DNA from: Anthoceros angustus
Lineage: Eukaryota; Plantae; Anthocerotophyta
Length of the DNA: 64,000 nt
Reading direction: 5' to 3'
NCBI GenBank assembly: GCA_010909165.1
Contig: MU008161.1
Location: 248,001-312,000 of the forward strand
Part shown: piece after piece, positions 49,101-62,368 of the stretch
Numbering within the stretch: the stretch's first letter is position 1
Layout: the number at the start of each line of letters is the position of its first letter
Made by a program: the position numbers and the translations under genes
The notes under the pieces: generated by a model
Databases searched by the model: none
What the model was told of the DNA's origin: nothing
The model's input: the letters and a program-made list of their open reading frames with translations, nothing else

Positions 49101-52100
49101 GCGGCGGCTCCGGCTATCAAACTGGCGAGGTGGTCCAACAAGCGGGCGGCGCAGCACCTATGGCGAAGGGGTATCGCTCGGGCACCGTGGAAGAGCAATT
49201 CAACAAGTGGATTCGGACTTTGCCTATTACCACGAGCTCCTGAAGGCGGTAAAGCCTCTCGGCGCCGCAAATAGGCGGACCTGGAAGGCTCGGAGGGAAG
49301 AAGGGCATGGGGACGCCACGGGGACTCTAGTGGCCTGTTTGGAGAGCAGCGGCGGGGAGAAGAGCCTCAAGGAGGCGGGCAGCAGCGGACCCCGGGGTAA
49401 GTTCACCACCACAGCTCGGGAAAGGGGCAGCCTGAGGCGCGAAGGAGCCAACCCGACCAAGACAAGGTCGGGGGTAGGGATGAGGACCTAGTCTGAGGTC
49501 CACGGATAAAGTCGGAGCTTGGGGCCGGACCCCGTGTGGTCGGACCACGAGGTCGAACCCAGGGCGGACCAGCCGGCCGGACTCGGGAAATAAACGGACT
49601 CACAGGTTGAGACTCGGGTCGAGGCCGGACCTCGAGGTCGGACTCGGCGATGAGGAGGAGCCCCCGACTTCGCTGGGGAAGCGAATGCCGGTGGCCCAGG
49701 AGGACCCAGGGAGGCGAGGAGGATAGCGTTGTGTAGCGGTCGTCGACCGCCCCGTAACAGATTCGGGAGAGGAGGGTCGCCTCGCGGATCATCCGATTAG
49801 GTCGCCGCCTGTCGAGACGGAGATTGGACCAATCCCAAAGGCGGAACGGACCTTCCAGCCGTGGCGAAGGAGATAGGAGGAAATAGGATGGTAGGCGGCC
49901 GATTAGGGTATCTTGAGGTATTTCGAGAATAGTGTAATAAAGGCGCCGACTTGGGCGTAGTATAAGAAGTGCCACGAATAAATCATCTTTCTCTTGGTGT
50001 TGATGCGCGTTCTTGCGAGACCTTTGTGTCTTCTTGCTAACGTGAGTCTGAGTCGGCGAGCGGCGGCTCGGAGGTGATCGAGTCTGGTGGCGGACCTAAC
50101 GTGTTGTGGTGTGCGGGGAAGGGTGGGGGGACCCGTGCTCGTCGAAGCGGCCAGCCAGCCGGACGCGTGTGAGCGGAGGGACTCGGGAGGCGTGAGCCGG
50201 GGCGGAAGGCCGGCGAGGAGGTCTGTAACCAGCGTCTTTCCTAAGGCGATAAGTGTAGTGTGAGTGGAGAGGAGCGGACTAGAGGTGAGTGGCGAGCGTG
50301 AGCAGATCTGGGGACAGGTCCTTAAGCGTTTAGCCAGCCACTGTGAGCGTTGCGAGTAGTTAGCGTGCGATGAATGTGCGTTGAGGCGAGCAGACAAGTA
50401 AGAGAATGCTGAAAAAAAGCGAACTGTCATTCCCTTAGGAGCGGACTCCTTCCTACAACGACACGGGATTGTCTTGCCTGGCCGTCGGTAAGTCGCGCCA
50501 CATTTTGGCCGTTGCGGGAATGAAATCGTTCCGTAGCGTGGATGCGTGGAGGGCGTGAGGTAGTTAAGGCGAATTCTTGAGAGTCGGACGTTGTTGCCGG
50601 CGCTCCGAGCGTGAGGCAGCGAGCTCGGCGAGACGATAGCAGGCGCGTGGTGGGTTGCCGGATCGTGAGGAGGAGCACCAAGTCGGCGGTGGTAAAGGGG
50701 CGGTTCCTCATCCCGATCGCGGCGATGGCAACAACGTCGACCAAGCAAGCGTATTCCCTCTTTGGAGGTAAGAAGGAGAGGCAGAAACCGTGGAGGATTT
50801 CGTGTCGGGCAAACTTCAGCGGAGAAGGTTGGATCGCTCATCAGTTCAAGGGTCTACGAGGGGCGGCTCGGTGTATGTCGAATCCGAATGCACGCAACCT
50901 TGAAGCATTGAAGGATGCCTTCTTAGAAAATTCAGGAATCGATCAAAGGCTACGTCTTGTCAAACTCGAGAACACAGGCGAGGCAAGGCGGAGAAGTTGG
51001 GATCGTACATCGAGCGGTTCTCGCTCTTGGGGCCGGCACCACTCACACTACCATGCGGTGATGCGTTGGTTCGCGGTGGCTTATCAAGCCAATGGCTAAG
51101 CGTCTTCTTTGGCGAAGATGTGAGCAAGGCGGTCGGGCGGCGAGAACTATGAAGAATCGATGCACCAGCGGCGGAGGGCGCCTCGGGAGGAAGAAGAAAA
51201 GCGGGGTCGGACTCGAAGATGAAGAACCCTCGGAAGAGGATGATGAGGCCAGGAGGGCATCGGAGGAGGAAGAGGACTCAGAAGAAGAATCCGAGGATGT
51301 CATGGAAGAAGAAGAACCCGGAAAATTAAGAAGAAAAAGCCCGTGGTCGGCGGAGGGTGGAAAGAAGGAGGTCATGATGCCCTTGCGGTCGAGAGGTCCC
51401 AGACTCCTTTGAAGGAAGTGGCGGGGAGGAAGATCTGGAGCAGGTAATGAAGAGGTGGAGGTTGGCGATCAACGGTGAAGGATAAAAAGCAGCGTAAGGC
51501 GGCCACCACGCAGTCCGGACTCATACATGGTGTGCGGTGTGTCACCAACATGGGCATTGAGGCTAGCGCCCCTCGGACCCGTGAACGGTGGAGTATGACT
51601 ACGGGAAGAGTCGAGAGCGTGGGAGGATGCATACCAAGTGCAAGAAGCACCACCGGACCCAGGCGATGTACCCTCGGCTGGTCCATCGCATCGACCTCGC
51701 TGACACATGGGAGAATTCTCAGGCGGCGGTGGTGCTGGGGCTGGGAACCCGGGCACTACTCCAGCGTGTCCATACCCCACAGCAGGGACTTTGAGCACTG
51801 TGTGGAGATTGTAGCGGGGCACATGGCGGCGGTACCTTGTGTCAGAATCTCGCTCGAGGGGCGGTGCGCTCGCCACCCGGCGGGAGCCGCGCCTCGCCTC
51901 CCTCCCTAAGGCTGCGCCCGGTACAGTTGAAGCGCCTGGTGGCGGAGTGGGAAGGCGCCGAGCTTGGAGCAGTGAGTGAAGCAAGTTCGGCTAAGGAGAG
52001 AAGGCGGACTGGAAGTCTTGGAAGTGTCAACGAAAGCGAAAGGCGGAAGAGGCAGTTTAAGAGGAAGAAAAATGGGGATAGCGGATACGGAGGGCAGGAC

Positions 52101-54060
52101 ACACACAAAGGAGCCAAGGGCGAGTTAAATCGGGCAGCTACGGAAAAAGCGACCAACCAAAACCCAGAAAGCGGACTCACCCAAGGCAACACCTGATTCC
52201 ACGGATGTGGTCAGAAGTGGCGGAGATGCTTGAGGAAGAAATCAGCCGGGACCCAGTGGTCCGACCACCACAGGGCGGTGGCGGCTGGAAGGGTCAAGGC
52301 GGACGTGGCCCGAGAACCATCCGCCTTTCAAGGTGGCCGACTTGATGATGGACCAACAACACTTGGTGTCCCTTAGGCGGTTGTTAAAAGACAGTATCGG
52401 CCAGTCCAGGAGGGCCATCGAGGAGACACAACCACGGAACTCCTTGGCCGGAAGGGCAGAGCGTGGAGGTAAGGAGTATCTCATACGGACCACGGGCGCC
52501 GATGGTTGAGGTGGAAGTGCGGGGTGATTAAAAAATGCCCCACGGGGTCAGTGAACCTCATCACGGAGGCCATAAGGCAGCTGGGGTTCACCTTGAGCCA
52601 TCCACCAAAACCCTCGGGATGGCGGACATGTCGCGCAGCGCGCCGGTGAGTTGTCCGAGTCAAGCCACCATAGCGGGAGCCCCTATACATTATTGTCATC
52701 GGACCAGCGGACCTGCAGGGGTCTGAGGTCTGTTAGGCGACCACAGGCAGGACTCGCTCGAGACAAAACTACACTTGGAAGGAAGGAAATACACTTCAAG
52801 CGGTGGGGGATCCGAAGGTGAGGAAGGACGGTGGCGATTACAGGTAAGGACACATCTTGTGGTGGCTAAGCACCACAGGAGTACACCTCCGAAGGCAGTG
52901 GGGACGATGGCGCGAGGATACGAATGAGGACTACCCTTTCCAAAAATCTCGTGGTCCGAAGAAATGGACTACGGAGGGACACTTTGGAGGTGATCGATTG
53001 CTTCAAGTGGAAGTCGCGGGGGCGGAGGACACAAAGGCGGGGAACCCGGATGAGGAGGACCCGAAGAAGTGACCGGTTCACCTCAGACGAACTCTTAGAA
53101 TGGGGAATGCGTGAAGATGATGGGGGGATGATGGCTTTGGGCGTGGAGCGGCGAGGGAAAGAGGCGGTCAATCCGGATGTGGAAGGCGTGGAGGTTCCGG
53201 AAATTCCTAAAATTCCGGGGTATGCCATCGAGTGAAACAAGACCTCCACCCGGTTGTTGGGGGTCGGTGTGTTAAGCTTTCAAGGTCACGGACATGAAGG
53301 GCATTCGAAGCAATGGCGAACAGGATAGATCTGAAGCTTGAGGCGGTGCTTCGGATTGGCGGTATAAAGCGAATCCCAAGCACTCGCTCAAGGTCAAGGA
53401 AGTCTGGATAAATGTCACGGGCGGACATCATCTTCCCAATCGTGAGCAATGAGTGGGTGGCGCCCATTGTTCGTGCAAAGAAAGCAGGGCAGTTAAGTAT
53501 GCATCGGGGAGCTGCGCCCGCCCGGACCATTTCCCATGCCCTTTGTAGGCGACATCTTGGACAAGGTGGCGGGGAGAGTACCTACTCCTTCTTGGATACT
53601 CGGCTACAACCAATTGCACCTAAAGTCGGGGGGATAAGACAACGTTCACCACGGAGTGAGGCGTTTACTAAGCAAGCGCCTTGGGATGGCAGGAGCACCG
53701 GATCATTTATGCGGATGGTGACCAACGTCTTAGGATTTTCGAGGACTTCATGGAGGTGTTCTTGGGCGACTTGCGTGCGAGAAGAGGACAAACACGTTGG
53801 ACATCTGCGGAAGTGCTTGGGCGTTGTAAGGAGACTCAAGCACATCCAGAATGCTACTTGTATGTAGAGGAATCTTGTTGGGACACCGTGTCGGCGAGAG
53901 GATAGAGGTGGATCAAGACAAGGTGAAGGTCATCCAATCCCTGCCACGAATTTGAAGGAGTTAGGGGTTCACAGGCATGGTGGGTTACTATAGGCGTTTC
54001 ATCCAAGACTTTGCAAGCGGGCCTCGGCTAGCAGCTACTCGGGAAGGAGGAAGAATGGGC
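46145..54060 (+). mobile_element. Gypsy segment E2: 3' internal region with extra ORF, LTR (49933-50500), PBS, gag/protease remnants and RT
   Basis: Inverted homology to E1; PBS-like TGGCCGTTGCGGGA at 50506; RT motifs IIFPIVSNEWVAPIV, DHFPMPFVGDILDKVAG, YSFLDGY, FEDFMEVFL, GIEVDQDKVKVI. Confidence 0.75.
50506..50519 (+). other. Degenerate primer-binding site resembling the Athila-type tRNA-Asp PBS TGGCGCCGTTGCCGGGGA
   Basis: Follows LTR end ...GCGCCACA-TTT; differs from the consensus by small deletions. Confidence 0.5.
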
Positions 54061-54945
54061 CTATCGAAATCTTCTATAGTGTGAGGAGAATGTAGTTCAC
54101 AAAGGTGACACTACGAGCAAGTGTGAGTTTCTGGTCTTAGGGTCATACGACTTGTAGGACTTTCCTCGAATAGCCTACAAAGAATAGGGCTTGGACCTAT
54201 CATCTTTCCGGCGTTTGAATGAGGAATGAACACAAAGCGGGAGCCAAAGACGCGAAGATGCGACAAGGGGTTTCTTCCTCCAAAAGGCTTCAAAGGGGTT
54301 ATGTCGTAAAAAGTGGGAACTCTATTTAAGATATAGCAATCTGTCGCCTCGCCCAATATCCCTTTGGAAGTCCGACCGAGGAGAGCATGCTACGTGTCAT
54401 CCCCATCAAAGTCGATTTTTTCTCGGCCACTCCATTTCTGCTGAGTGTATGGGCAGTGAGTTGCCTTCTAATTCCATTTTCGAAAAGATCATCATACTTT
54501 GCCCAAGAAATTCCCCACCATTATTAGTCCGTAGACATTTAACTAACTTTCAGTTTGTCGTTGAACCGGGGAATCAGCGGTTATCTTATCAAATGCCTCA
54601 CTCTTCAAAGGAAATGTCCAAGTGAATCGAGAATAGTCATCTGTAAGAGTTAGATAATACCAAGCGCCCCCAAGGAAGAGACTTGCAGCTTGCCAGCAAT
54701 ATCAGCGTGGACAAGCTCAAGTACCTCAGTGGCCCCAGTAGCATCCTTGTTCTTAAAAGGTAATTCCTTCTGCTTGGATAAGATACATGATTTACAAGCA
54801 GGAAGGTCCTTGAATTGAGCTTGAAGTTTATCCTTGTAACAAATCCATAGAAGACATCAAGCTCAATTTTGCCTTGTTGATATGACCAAGGCGAGCATGC
54901 CAAAGTTCAACAGCATTTTGCCGATGTAACGACTTCTTGAAGTGG

Positions 54946-56920
54946 AAGTCGGGCTCGGAGGACAAACAAAGGCGGGGAACCCCGGATGAGGAGGACCCAG
55001 AAGAAGTGACCGGTTCACCTCGGACGAACTCTTCCGAGAATGGGGAATGCGTGAAGATGAACCGGGGGAGGATGATGGCTTTGGGCGTGGCGCGCGAGGA
55101 AAGAGGCGGTCAATCCGGCGATGTGGAAGGCGTGGAGGTCCGGAAATTCCTAAAATTCGCAAGGGTATGCCATCTGAAACAAGACCTCCACGATTGTTGG
55201 GGAATTGAGGTGTTCGCTTTCAAGGTCACGGACATGAAGGGCATTCCAAAGCGATGGGCGAACAGGATAGATCTGAAGCCGGAGGCGGTGCTGTTCGGAT
55301 TGGCGGTGGAATCCCAAGCACTCGCTCAAGGTCAAGGAAGTCTGGATAAAATATCACGGAGGACATCATCTTCCCAATCGTGAATGAATGGGTGGCGCCC
55401 ATTGTTGGGTGCCAAAGAAGCAAGGGCAGTTCGGTCTCGGGTGGAAAGCTTAACGCCGCCACGAGAAGGACCATTTTCCCATGCCCTTTGTAGGCGACAT
55501 CTTGGACAAGGTGGCGGGAGTACCTACTCCTTCTTGGATGGCTACTCGGCTACAACCAGCACCTAAGTCGGTTGGGATAAGACATTCACGGAGTGAGCGT
55601 TTGCCTACAAGCGCCGGGATGGCAGAGCACCGGATCATTTATGCGGATGGTGACCAACGTCTTAGGATTTTGAGGACTTCATGGAGGTGTTCTTGGGCGA
55701 CTTGCGTGCGGAGAAGAGGACAAACACGTTGGACATCTGCGGAAGTGCTTGGAGCGTTGTAAGGAGACTCAAGCTACGCATCCGAAATGCTACTTGGTAT
55801 GTAGGGAATCTTGTTGGGACACCGTGTAAGAGGGATAGAGGTGGATCAAGACAAGGTGAAGGTCATCCAATCCCTCGACGAACTTGAAGGAGTTCGAGTT
55901 CACAGGCATGGTGGGTTACTACAGGCGTTTCATCCAAGACTTTGCAAAGCGGGCCGCCAGGCTAACGGAGCTACTCAGGAAGGAGGAAGAATGGGCCTAT
56001 CGAAGAATCTTCTATAGTGTGAGGAGAATGTAGTTCACAAAAGGTGACACTACGAGCAAGTGTGAGTTTCCTGGTCTTAGGGTCATACAGCTTGTAGGCT
56101 TTACTTTCCTCAGAATAGCCTACAAAGAATAGGGCTTGGACCTATCATCTAACTTCCGACGTTTGGACAGAGGAATGAACACAAAAGCAGGGGAGCCAAA
56201 GGCACGAAGATGCAGCAAACTGGGTTTCTTCCTCCAAAAGGCTTCGAAAGGGGTTGTATCAGGTAAAGAGTCTGTGGGAACTCTATTTAAGATATAAGTA
56301 GCCGTCACAATCGCCTCTGCCCAATATCCCTTTGGAAGTCCTGACCAGGAGAGCATGCTACGTGTCATCCCCATCAAAGTCGATTTTTCTCTCGGCCACT
56401 CCATTTTCTTTGAGTGTATGGGCGTGAGTTGCCTTCTAATTCCATGTTTCTGAAAAAGATCATCATATTTCTGCCCAAGAAATTCCCCACCATTATTAGT
56501 CCGTAGACATTTAACTAACTTGCTAGTTTGTCGTTGAACCAGGGGAATCCAAGCGGTTATCTTATCAAATGCCTCACTCTTCAACTTCAAAGGAAATGTC
56601 CAAGTGAATCGAGAATAGTCATCTGTAAGAGTTAGATAATACCAAGCGCCCCCAAGGAAGAGACTTGCAGCTTGCCAGCAATATCAGCGTGGACAAGCTC
56701 AAGTACCTCGATGTGTAGCATCCTTGTTCTTAAAGGTAATTCCTTACCTTGGATAAGATACATGATTTACAAGCAGGAAGGTCCTTGAATTGAGCTTGAA
56801 GTTTATCCTTGTAACAAATCCATAGAAGACATCAAGCTCAATTTTGCCTTGTTGATATGACCAAGGCGAGCATGCCAAAGTTCAACAGCATTTTGCCGAT
56901 GTAGCAACGACTTCTTGAAC
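54946..56920. repeat. Second copy of a ~1.95-kb tandem duplication (first copy ~52995-54945) spanning the gypsy RT / copia integrase junction
   Basis: Colinear repeat with different indel patterns in the two copies. Confidence 0.88.
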
Positions 56921-58364
56921 TTAAAGCACTTAGTGATAAAGTTCATCAACCAGGACACCTCTTGCTATGCACAGATCAGGGCTGGAAATTTTATACAAGC
57001 ATCAACTGTTCAATTCAAATATGAACCCAACCAAAGCTGATTGTGTAAGAGCTCTTATAGAGAGCAAATTCTTTGACATTTCAGGAACGAAGAGAACATC
57101 CAGCAATTGCAACTGTGAACCATCAGCAAGAGGTATGTCAATTGCACCATTACCCTTCACATCAACTCCACGAGAATCCCCCACATAAACCAACTGCTTC
57201 TCCTTCTGACTGTGGAAGGTTGAGAACAAGAGTCGATTGTTACAGACATGGGTTGTCGCCCCAGAGTCTATGAACCAAAGTGGGGAGACTTCATGAAAAA
57301 GTAAAGGCGGGCAGTGAGCGGAAGAACTACTCTTAGATGCGGTGCGAGGAAGATCCCTTGGAAGCCACATGAACTGAGGTTTGGAATCCTTCTGTGGCTC
57401 ACCAGCCTTCTTCTTTGCGACAATCTCGTTCCCAGTGACCTGGAATTTGCCACCAATTGCATGTACCTTCACGTTTGGCAGCAGCGGGAGCAGTGTTGGG
57501 TATTTCTTCTTCTTCCCCTTGTCTCTCCCAAACGTTTTCCCTTAGATGCAACAAGGACCTTATCCGTCACCCTTGCGGTGCCACCGGATCGTGTCCACTC
57601 TCCTCTTGATGTAGAGCGCCAATGAGCTCATTGAGGGTAAGAGTGGGTGCAGTTCCAGCTTTGACTGTGGATACAGAAGAACGCAATGAAGAATTTTGAC
57701 TTGAGACGAATTGCTCATAGGAGGGAGGAAGGCTGGATAGGAGCTAGCTGAGCCACAACATCAATATCCTCAAGCTTGCTTCCAAGCATGGAGAGCTGCG
57801 CCTTGAGGTATCTGAATTTGCTGATGTGCGCTCCTATCGTATCTCCTTCCTTCATCCTTAACCCATAGAAGTCATTTCTTGCAGCAACTAAGGTTAGGAT
57901 GCTGCAGTTGGTAGAAACTCAACCTCTGTCACAGTGGCCTCATCCAAAGCAGATAGCAAAATGGCAAAAGCAATTTTGTTGCCTTTGTTGAATTTGGCTA
58001 TCTCTTCAGGTAATGCACTGGTTCCTGGTTGGGGAATGGAACCATCCACAAATTCCCAAATATCACGTGCATCCAGGAAGGCCTTCATCCTAGCTCGCCA
58101 ACTCTCGTACCTTGCAGGTTTGCCATCAAACCTGTCCTTTTCCTTGAATTCTCCACTGTATGATGTTCCTCCAGCCATTGTGATAAAAATAGGTGGAATA
58201 GGTGGAGAGAAGGAAGGAAACTGAGAGGCTAACGAATTATGAAAATTTGCTTCAATCTCTGTGCCCTCATCTAAGTCATCACTAAAGTCCCAACAGTATC
58301 CAGACATAAACTGAAAAAATGCTGGTTGGAAAAGAATAACAAAGGTGTGAAGAGGAGGCAGCAA
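56000..58364 (-). mobile_element. Copia-2 gag, protease and integrase
   Basis: RFDGK...YESWRARMKAFL (gag), WFIDSGATTHVCN (protease), VKCLRTNNGGEF, WAEAIVTATYILNRVPT, HLRAFGS (integrase). Confidence 0.92.
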
Positions 58365-59277
58365 ACTGAAGGATAGTGGAAGGGGTACAAAACTTAACTA
58401 ATAACGTTTCACTTTTGTGTTTTTAGGGTTACCAGAAAATAAGGAGGACAGGTGGAAACTAAAGTTAGGGCACCTTTCCAGGTGGCTACCTACACCAACC
58501 GCCACCAAGTCCCGTGACACCTCTTGAGAGCCAGCAACAAGATGCTGCAGAATCCAAAGAAAATTCACAAGCAATCACGAAATTATGGCTTGAGGCACCA
58601 CAACTGGTAAGAATTACAGCGCTACCCTCTTGGAAGCCTCCTCACATCGTTGCTTGAGGCTAGGGCAGTATAATGCAGAAATTGGATCTCTCGCAGAGAA
58701 GGCCGTAGTTCTACCGGAGTTCAATTGTTCAAAGGAAACAACCAATTCATCTAAAGAGGCCTGGATCTCTTGAAGTCTTCTATACACTGAGGTAATCCTA
58801 CCAGCCAGTTGTGTGGAAACCTCATCGAAATTCAGATTGCGGAATTTAGTTGTCCAAGACGATATGGTCAACAACTGATCTCCTTCGTCGATGTTGATTG
58901 CGATTATAAACCCTTGAACGATGAATGCAGGAACGCGGACGGGGAGAGGCACCACAACAATTCTTCACATCGGATTTTTGTGCTTGTGTCCTCCTAGGAT
59001 GTCTGGAACTCGGAACTTGCTCAAGTATCCGGTCCCTGAGGAATTTGTTGTCTAGTTCTGCCTGGGTTCTAAGATGATCAACAAAATTAAAGAAATAAAA
59101 TAGATCCTCAGAGCGACGCCCTGTCCTCCGCGTCATTGCTCTTCTGCTTCACATATTCAGATTAGATAAGCAAAGCATTGTAAAGCTAGAAGCCATAGGG
59201 TCCTATAATAGTAGCAAGTCTGCAATATAGATAGACAAACATTGATCTAATATATATTCAGACATTGAGCACCTGGT

Positions 59278-59289
59278 GCTCTGATACCA
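59278..59289 (-). other. Primer-binding site TGGTATCAGAGC (initiator tRNA-Met) of copia-1
   Basis: Exact canonical sequence immediately after the LTR-terminal CA. Confidence 0.92.
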
Positions 59290-59471
59290 TGAAACTTTGA
59301 GAACGGAGGCTCGTTGAATTGCAAAAAAAGGAATAAAGAAATCAATTAAAGTTGAATACAAAATTATCTTAAATACTTCATGTGAGTAGGTGTGACCATT
59401 CACCACTAACCAAGATATTAAATAACTAAATAATAACTGGTAGGTTAATAAGAACCTTTCACATTCTAACA
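59290..59471 (-). repeat. Copia-1 5' LTR
   Basis: TG...CA termini, adjacent PBS and TSD. Confidence 0.92.
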
Positions 59472-61216
59472 AGATGAACCCTGAAAAACAAGAGGAGTTG
59501 CAGCAAGGTTAATTAGTACTATGGCACTAGCAAAGTTAGGGTTTAACGATGCCTAATTCAATCTTGAAACAGGCCTGGCAAACAGGGCATGGTGAATAGC
59601 CTTGATTCATGCCGAGTTATCATGGCTGTTCCAGGCCTAATAAGCCAAACCTGAAGTAGGCCTGAATTTCAGGTAGCACCCACGGCCACCATCCCACTGT
59701 TACCCTAAAAAACATTACATGAACTGCAAATTAGCGTGCTTACCAAAAGGGTGCAGATGTCCGGGCAGCACTTCGTGACAAATATCGTGAACCCTCTTCC
59801 GCTTTGGGCCCCTCTTGCCCTTCACCTCCACATCCCAGCATTCAGGCGGAAGGGTGTCCGCATCTTCCTCTACATCTTCGTTATGAGGAAGATGCTGAAA
59901 CTCTGCACCCCCAAGAAAGACATCTGCATCCGTGGCAACACAGTCTTCAATTCCAGGACGGACAGAAAATTCAGCATTCATCTTGTTAGCACGGGTAGGC
60001 TCTACAACGAATCGATTGGTGGGGATGTGTGAGGAGGATGCGATTTTGAAGCATAGTTACATTTTACTTTTGGACTCTTGAACAATACATTTGTGTTTTG
60101 ACTTGTATTGAGGCATACATGCCTCATGGCCGCCCAGCCTAGACACCAGACAGCCGGTGCTGAGGCGCCTTAAAGTGTCCCGTGGTCCTTCGCTACGAGC
60201 CTTCCAGCATTCATGTTTGAGCATTGTCACCCTTCACAGAGGGATGCTGAAACATTTGTTCATTGACAATCTGAAACGGCTGTTTGGTAAATCAAAATGG
60301 GCAATTGCCAAACCGAGCAACAAGATTTCACTTAATGGAGGATGCTGAAACTTGTGTTCATTGCTAATCTGAAACGGCTGATTGGTAGATTAAAACAGCT
60401 GATAGTCAAACCCAGCATCAGAATTTTCCTCACACCCTGCAAACAGGTGAACGACCACACTCCAGCACATTCCTTTTACTCATTTCTTTTTTACCAGTAT
60501 ATGCGACAGCACATTGGCATGCACGACATGTAATGGTGAACCAAAACCCTGAAGCAACTCCCATTTCAAATCTCCACGTTGTGGAACATGGCCTGCCATT
60601 GTAGCGAAATGGCTTTGCATCCAAACCCCATCTGAACAAGTCCAGTTGTGCGCGGAAGCAGAAGCATTTTGGATGAGCGCGGAGGTGATTGGGTGAACGC
60701 ATTCATGGTATTCAACGTTACATGGCGAGACGACTGCCATGTCCCATTGCATAGGGAAGGCACGTTTCTCCTATTGTGCGCAAAAGGCATCATACCGCGT
60801 ACAGTGCACTGGCACCGTGTGTCCGAATATAAATCGGAACCCTTTTGAGACAAGGTGAACGGTGCGCGGTCGCACCGGATGTCCGGGGTCGAGCCGTTTC
60901 ATGTGGTGAATTGTTCCCCACCACTTTCTTGTTTATTAGGTGAACGCTTAAACCCACGATTTTGATATCTTGGCTGGTGTGAAAATGTGCAGTCAGACCC
61001 CACATCGGGTATTCATCTTCAAATCTTACGTGTTTTTTAAGGGTAGTTGATATAGTATAGCGGGAAAAAGCAAAAATTAGTAAACAAACCTTGAAATGCA
61101 CGGTTTCATTTGAAACTCTTCATTCTTCATACATCATTTTTTCCTAAAATTTTAAAATAGCCTAATACACGGTTTTCCAAAAACAAACCCCTATTTTCAC
61201 ACCCTCAAAATTAGAG

Positions 61217-61580
61217 ATGAGGAGTCTCTACTTCTTAGACTTTGTTAGAGGCGAGGCGGGGCCGAGGTGGCCAAAGGACCCCGCTCCCACACACCCACCA
61301 ATCCTCAACATACCGATTGGAGAAACTTCATATTCTTACACAGCTAGAAGAGGTAACAAGAAAAGTGGAATTATTTGCAAATGGTGCAGGATCCCAAATC
61401 ATATGGAGAAGGACTGCAGAAAAAAGAAGAATGTCAAACCTAGGAAGAGGCTGCATCCGGAGTACACGTTGCTGTCAAGAAACAATCTTCAGCAGCTTTG
61501 TGGGCAAACTTGTAGCACCGCTCGAACTCTCTACTTCGCGCTCTCCGCTCACCTCTCCCCCTCATGTTCCATATCAAATT
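61217..61580 (+). mobile_element. Retroelement gag fragment with CCHC zinc knuckle (duplicate at ~62984-63345)
   Basis: CKWCRIPNHMEKDC fits C-X2-C-X4-H-X4-C. Confidence 0.65.
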
Positions 61581-61584
61581 ATAC

Positions 61585-62074
61585 CAAACAGGCCTAGTAT
61601 CGCCGAATGTTTAAGGACTCGTTTACGTCCTCGTGTTCGCCCTTTTGGGGCACTTCCCTTCCGCTCTTCTCTCTTCGCTTGCTCTCGCACTTCGCAATCC
61701 ATCATTGTGTGGGCTCGCGCTCCGATGAAATGCCGGGCCGCAGCAACTCCACGTCCATGTTCGTGTGGTCCAGCCAATCCGGGTTCTCCGCACCCTCCGC
61801 TGATCGTCTGGCTTCCCTTGTCCAATCCAGTCCACTTGTCACCTGCGTCCCGCCCTTGAGGAGCAAGGGTCGTGATTCTTCAGCACCTATGATCACCTCC
61901 ACACGTTAGGGGGTTCGTCACCAGAACCTCTCTAGAGTAGTTCGCCCACTTTGTGACTCGGGCAATGCATTGGGCTCCGGAATCGGTATCGCACAACCCG
62001 ACATCCACCCAAAGGAAAATCACATAAGAGGCGACAAACCCTCTTATCGCCTCTAAGGCAATGCCTTTATTACA
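61585..62074 (-). repeat. Truncated LTR related to the E1/E2 gypsy LTR (duplicate at ~63345-63837)
   Basis: Shares GTTTAAGGACTCG, CACGTTAGGG..CGTCACCAG, ATCCACCC, CCTCTTAT and CTTTATTACA with 38200-38638. Confidence 0.7.
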
Positions 62075-62368
62075 ACCCGAATGTTGTGGCCTCACGCGTA
62101 CCTATACATGCGGAGGATACTGCATTCTTCATGGCTACCTACTTCTTCGATGAAATTGCTGTAACTCGGTGACTTCCCATGGCAGCCCAATCCCAACCCC
62201 GCCGGAGGCACGCTTGATTATCCTTGACCCCTTGCCTTTGGCAGGGCGGTCTCCTCGACCTTGGTTGGGCCTCACTCCGAAGTTACACAAGCTGCCACCA
62301 CTGTGTCTTCCTCGGTTTTGGTGTGACCAGCAAAGTTTGGGCATTGCTCCGCACCTCGGTGGGCCCTC

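Larger units (their letters stand above)
34546..59471 (-). mobile_element. Copia-type LTR retrotransposon (copia-1) shell with ~182-bp LTRs enclosing nested insertions
   Basis: LTRs 34546-34727 and 59290-59471 (TGTTAG...TTTCA on minus); TSD AGATG at 34541-34545 and 59472-59476; tRNA-iMet PBS TGGTATCAGAGC; PPT AAGTGGGAG with LLRLSGSV end; gag remnant 58614-59136. Confidence 0.92.

Noticed and set aside
46662-52200. Many long GC-rich ORFs on both strands as host genes
   Set aside because: They are antisense or frameshifted readings of the decayed gypsy extra ORF and gag
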